From assembly GCA_021772565.1 (NCBI GenBank), contig JAJFLR010000035.1, positions 17,621-81,620 on the forward strand: a stretch of DNA of 64,000 nt, read 5' to 3'. This DNA comes from Opitutales bacterium. Lineage in GTDB: Bacteria > Verrucomicrobiota > Verrucomicrobiia > Opitutales > JAJFLR01. This document shows positions 63,110-64,000 of this stretch, piece by piece (the stretch's first letter is position 1; each line of letters opens with the position of its first letter). A model generated the notes under the pieces. The model was not told the origin of the DNA, did no database searches, and worked only from the letters and a program-made list of their open reading frames with translations. The translations under genes and the position numbers were made by a program.

Positions 63110-64000
63110 ATGAAGATCAAATTCGCCTATAAAGAATCTCATTTTTTAGATGACGCAGAACGTCGTAAATTATTTATTACTTATAAAAATTTTACCCAGG
63201 ATAAACGCGTTCTTTTAAATTTAAGACTGCTAATTCCGATATTCTTGATTTTCCCTACAATAATATTTATTGCAACTACCGGGTATATTTATTATAAGTT
63301 TTACCGGAGTCCAGATGCTATTGTATCATATTTTGATGTTATCAACCCTATTAATTGGTTAACATTAAATGAAAAAAAAGCAGCGGGTCTTTTCGACATC
63401 GGGAAAAAATTGATTGATGATGGTAAAACAAGTAATGGAATAAAAAAAATACGGAAAAGTTTAGCGACTGTTCCTGAAAATTCTGAAGTAAGACTAACGC
63501 TTGCCAAATATTATTCAGAAAACCAAAACGAGACAGTTGCTATTCAATTGTTAAAAGATGGATTTCAATTTAATAATTACGATTCAGATTATGCTGACTT
63601 ATTTTTTAATTTATCAGCTGAACATGAAAGTTTTACTAGTATTATAGAAATTTCAGAATACATTTTAAATAATCCATTGCCCAAAAATTATAATTCAAGT
63701 CAAACGCTATATTACAACTATATCAGGACACTATTTCTAAATGAAAAATTCAATAAACTATTAAAATTTATTAAAGCTAATAATTTTGATCTAACTAAAA
63801 ATTTTGAGGTATTATCATATAATGTAAGAACATTACTAAATTTAGAGAGAATTGATGAAGCTGTAAAATTATTGAATGATTATCAAACAAATCACATAAA
63901 TAATCGCGATTATATAAAATTAATAGCTACCCTTCACAGAAAAAAAGGCGAAATTAATTCATTTAGACAATATGCAGAAAAATTAATTTCTATGGATGTA
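63110..64000 (+). CDS. Membrane-anchored helical-repeat (TPR-like) protein, 3' end outside window
   Basis: Not in the ORF track because no stop falls within the window. ATG 63110 is preceded by an in-frame TAA at 63101, and 297 codons then run stop-free to nt 64000 (checked codon by codon). One TM helix (LLIPIFLIFPTIIFIATTGYIYY), then repeated amphipathic helices (LAKYYSENQNETVAIQLLKDG.., IDEAVKLLNDYQ..). Confidence 0.6.
   Translation, partial: MKIKFAYKESHFLDDAERRKLFITYKNFTQDKRVLLNLRLLIPIFLIFPTIIFIATTGYIYYKFYRSPDAIVSYFDVINPINWLTLNEKKAAGLFDIGKKLIDDGKTSNGIKKIRKSLATVPENSEVRLTLAKYYSENQNETVAIQLLKDGFQFNNYDSDYADLFFNLSAEHESFTSIIEISEYILNNPLPKNYNSSQTLYYNYIRTLFLNEKFNKLLKFIKANNFDLTKNFEVLSYNVRTLLNLERIDEAVKLLNDYQTNHINNRDYIKLIATLHRKKGEINSFRQYAEKLISMDV

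Noticed and set aside
63301-63507. 68-aa minus-strand ORF
   Set aside because: It is antisense to, and entirely within, the 297-codon open frame starting at 63110, so it is a shadow ORF.
1-64000. Scan for mobile elements, defence systems, CRISPR arrays, tRNA/rRNA genes and toxin-antitoxin pairs
   Set aside because: No transposase/integrase/recombinase-like ORF, no direct-repeat/spacer array, no tRNA-like T-arm sequences in spacers and no nuclease/ATPase defence-type gene pairs were recognisable. The only PIN-like sequence is fused to an aminotransferase and is reported as a finding.

Overview
AT-rich bacterial chromosome segment, about one-third G+C by eye (not computed). I see no rRNA, tRNA, CRISPR array, transposase or integrase. 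Forty-seven consecutive genes lie on the minus strand from 2297 to 62864. The core (2297-55793, about 53 kb, 42 genes) is a Wzx/Wzy-type surface-glycan locus. It holds 6 clear and 2 tentative glycosyltransferases, five DegT-family aminotransferases and an AlgD-like GDP-mannose 6-dehydrogenase. It also holds a WbpB/WbpD/aminotransferase 2,3-diacetamido-sugar cassette, a WbpG/HisH/HisF acetamidino trio and a legionaminic-acid-like nonulosonic-acid module. Tailoring genes cover carbamoyl, methyl, sulfo, amido and MBOAT O-acyl transfer. A GbsR/MarR-like regulator and an exosortase fused to an EpsI-like domain complete it. No priming phosphoglycosyl transferase and no Wza/Wzc-type export pair is in the window. 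Two inward-facing GspE/PilB ATPase paralogs (about 69 percent identical by hand count) bracket the locus. The left one is followed by ExbD-like and TonB-C-like genes. The right flank carries panB, the second ATPase with a stand-alone MshEN-like protein, a divergent ferredoxin-dependent bilin reductase homologue, valS, and a membrane-anchored TPR-like ORF (63110-64000) missing from the ORF track. The ValRS signature looks Bacteroidota/PVC-like rather than cyanobacterial; I cannot resolve taxonomy further. The best leads are: (1) the bilin reductase homologue with all three PcyA catalytic positions substituted; (2) a PIN-like domain fused to a WbpE-type aminotransferase; (3) two gene-decay scars at module junctions (a nucleotide-sugar dehydrogenase N-terminus and a DegT C-terminus); (4) a nonulosonic-acid module with no recognisable hydrolysing 2-epimerase; (5) the exosortase-EpsI-like fusion with no visible PEP-CTERM substrate. 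All family calls come from motif recognition by eye, not from searches.
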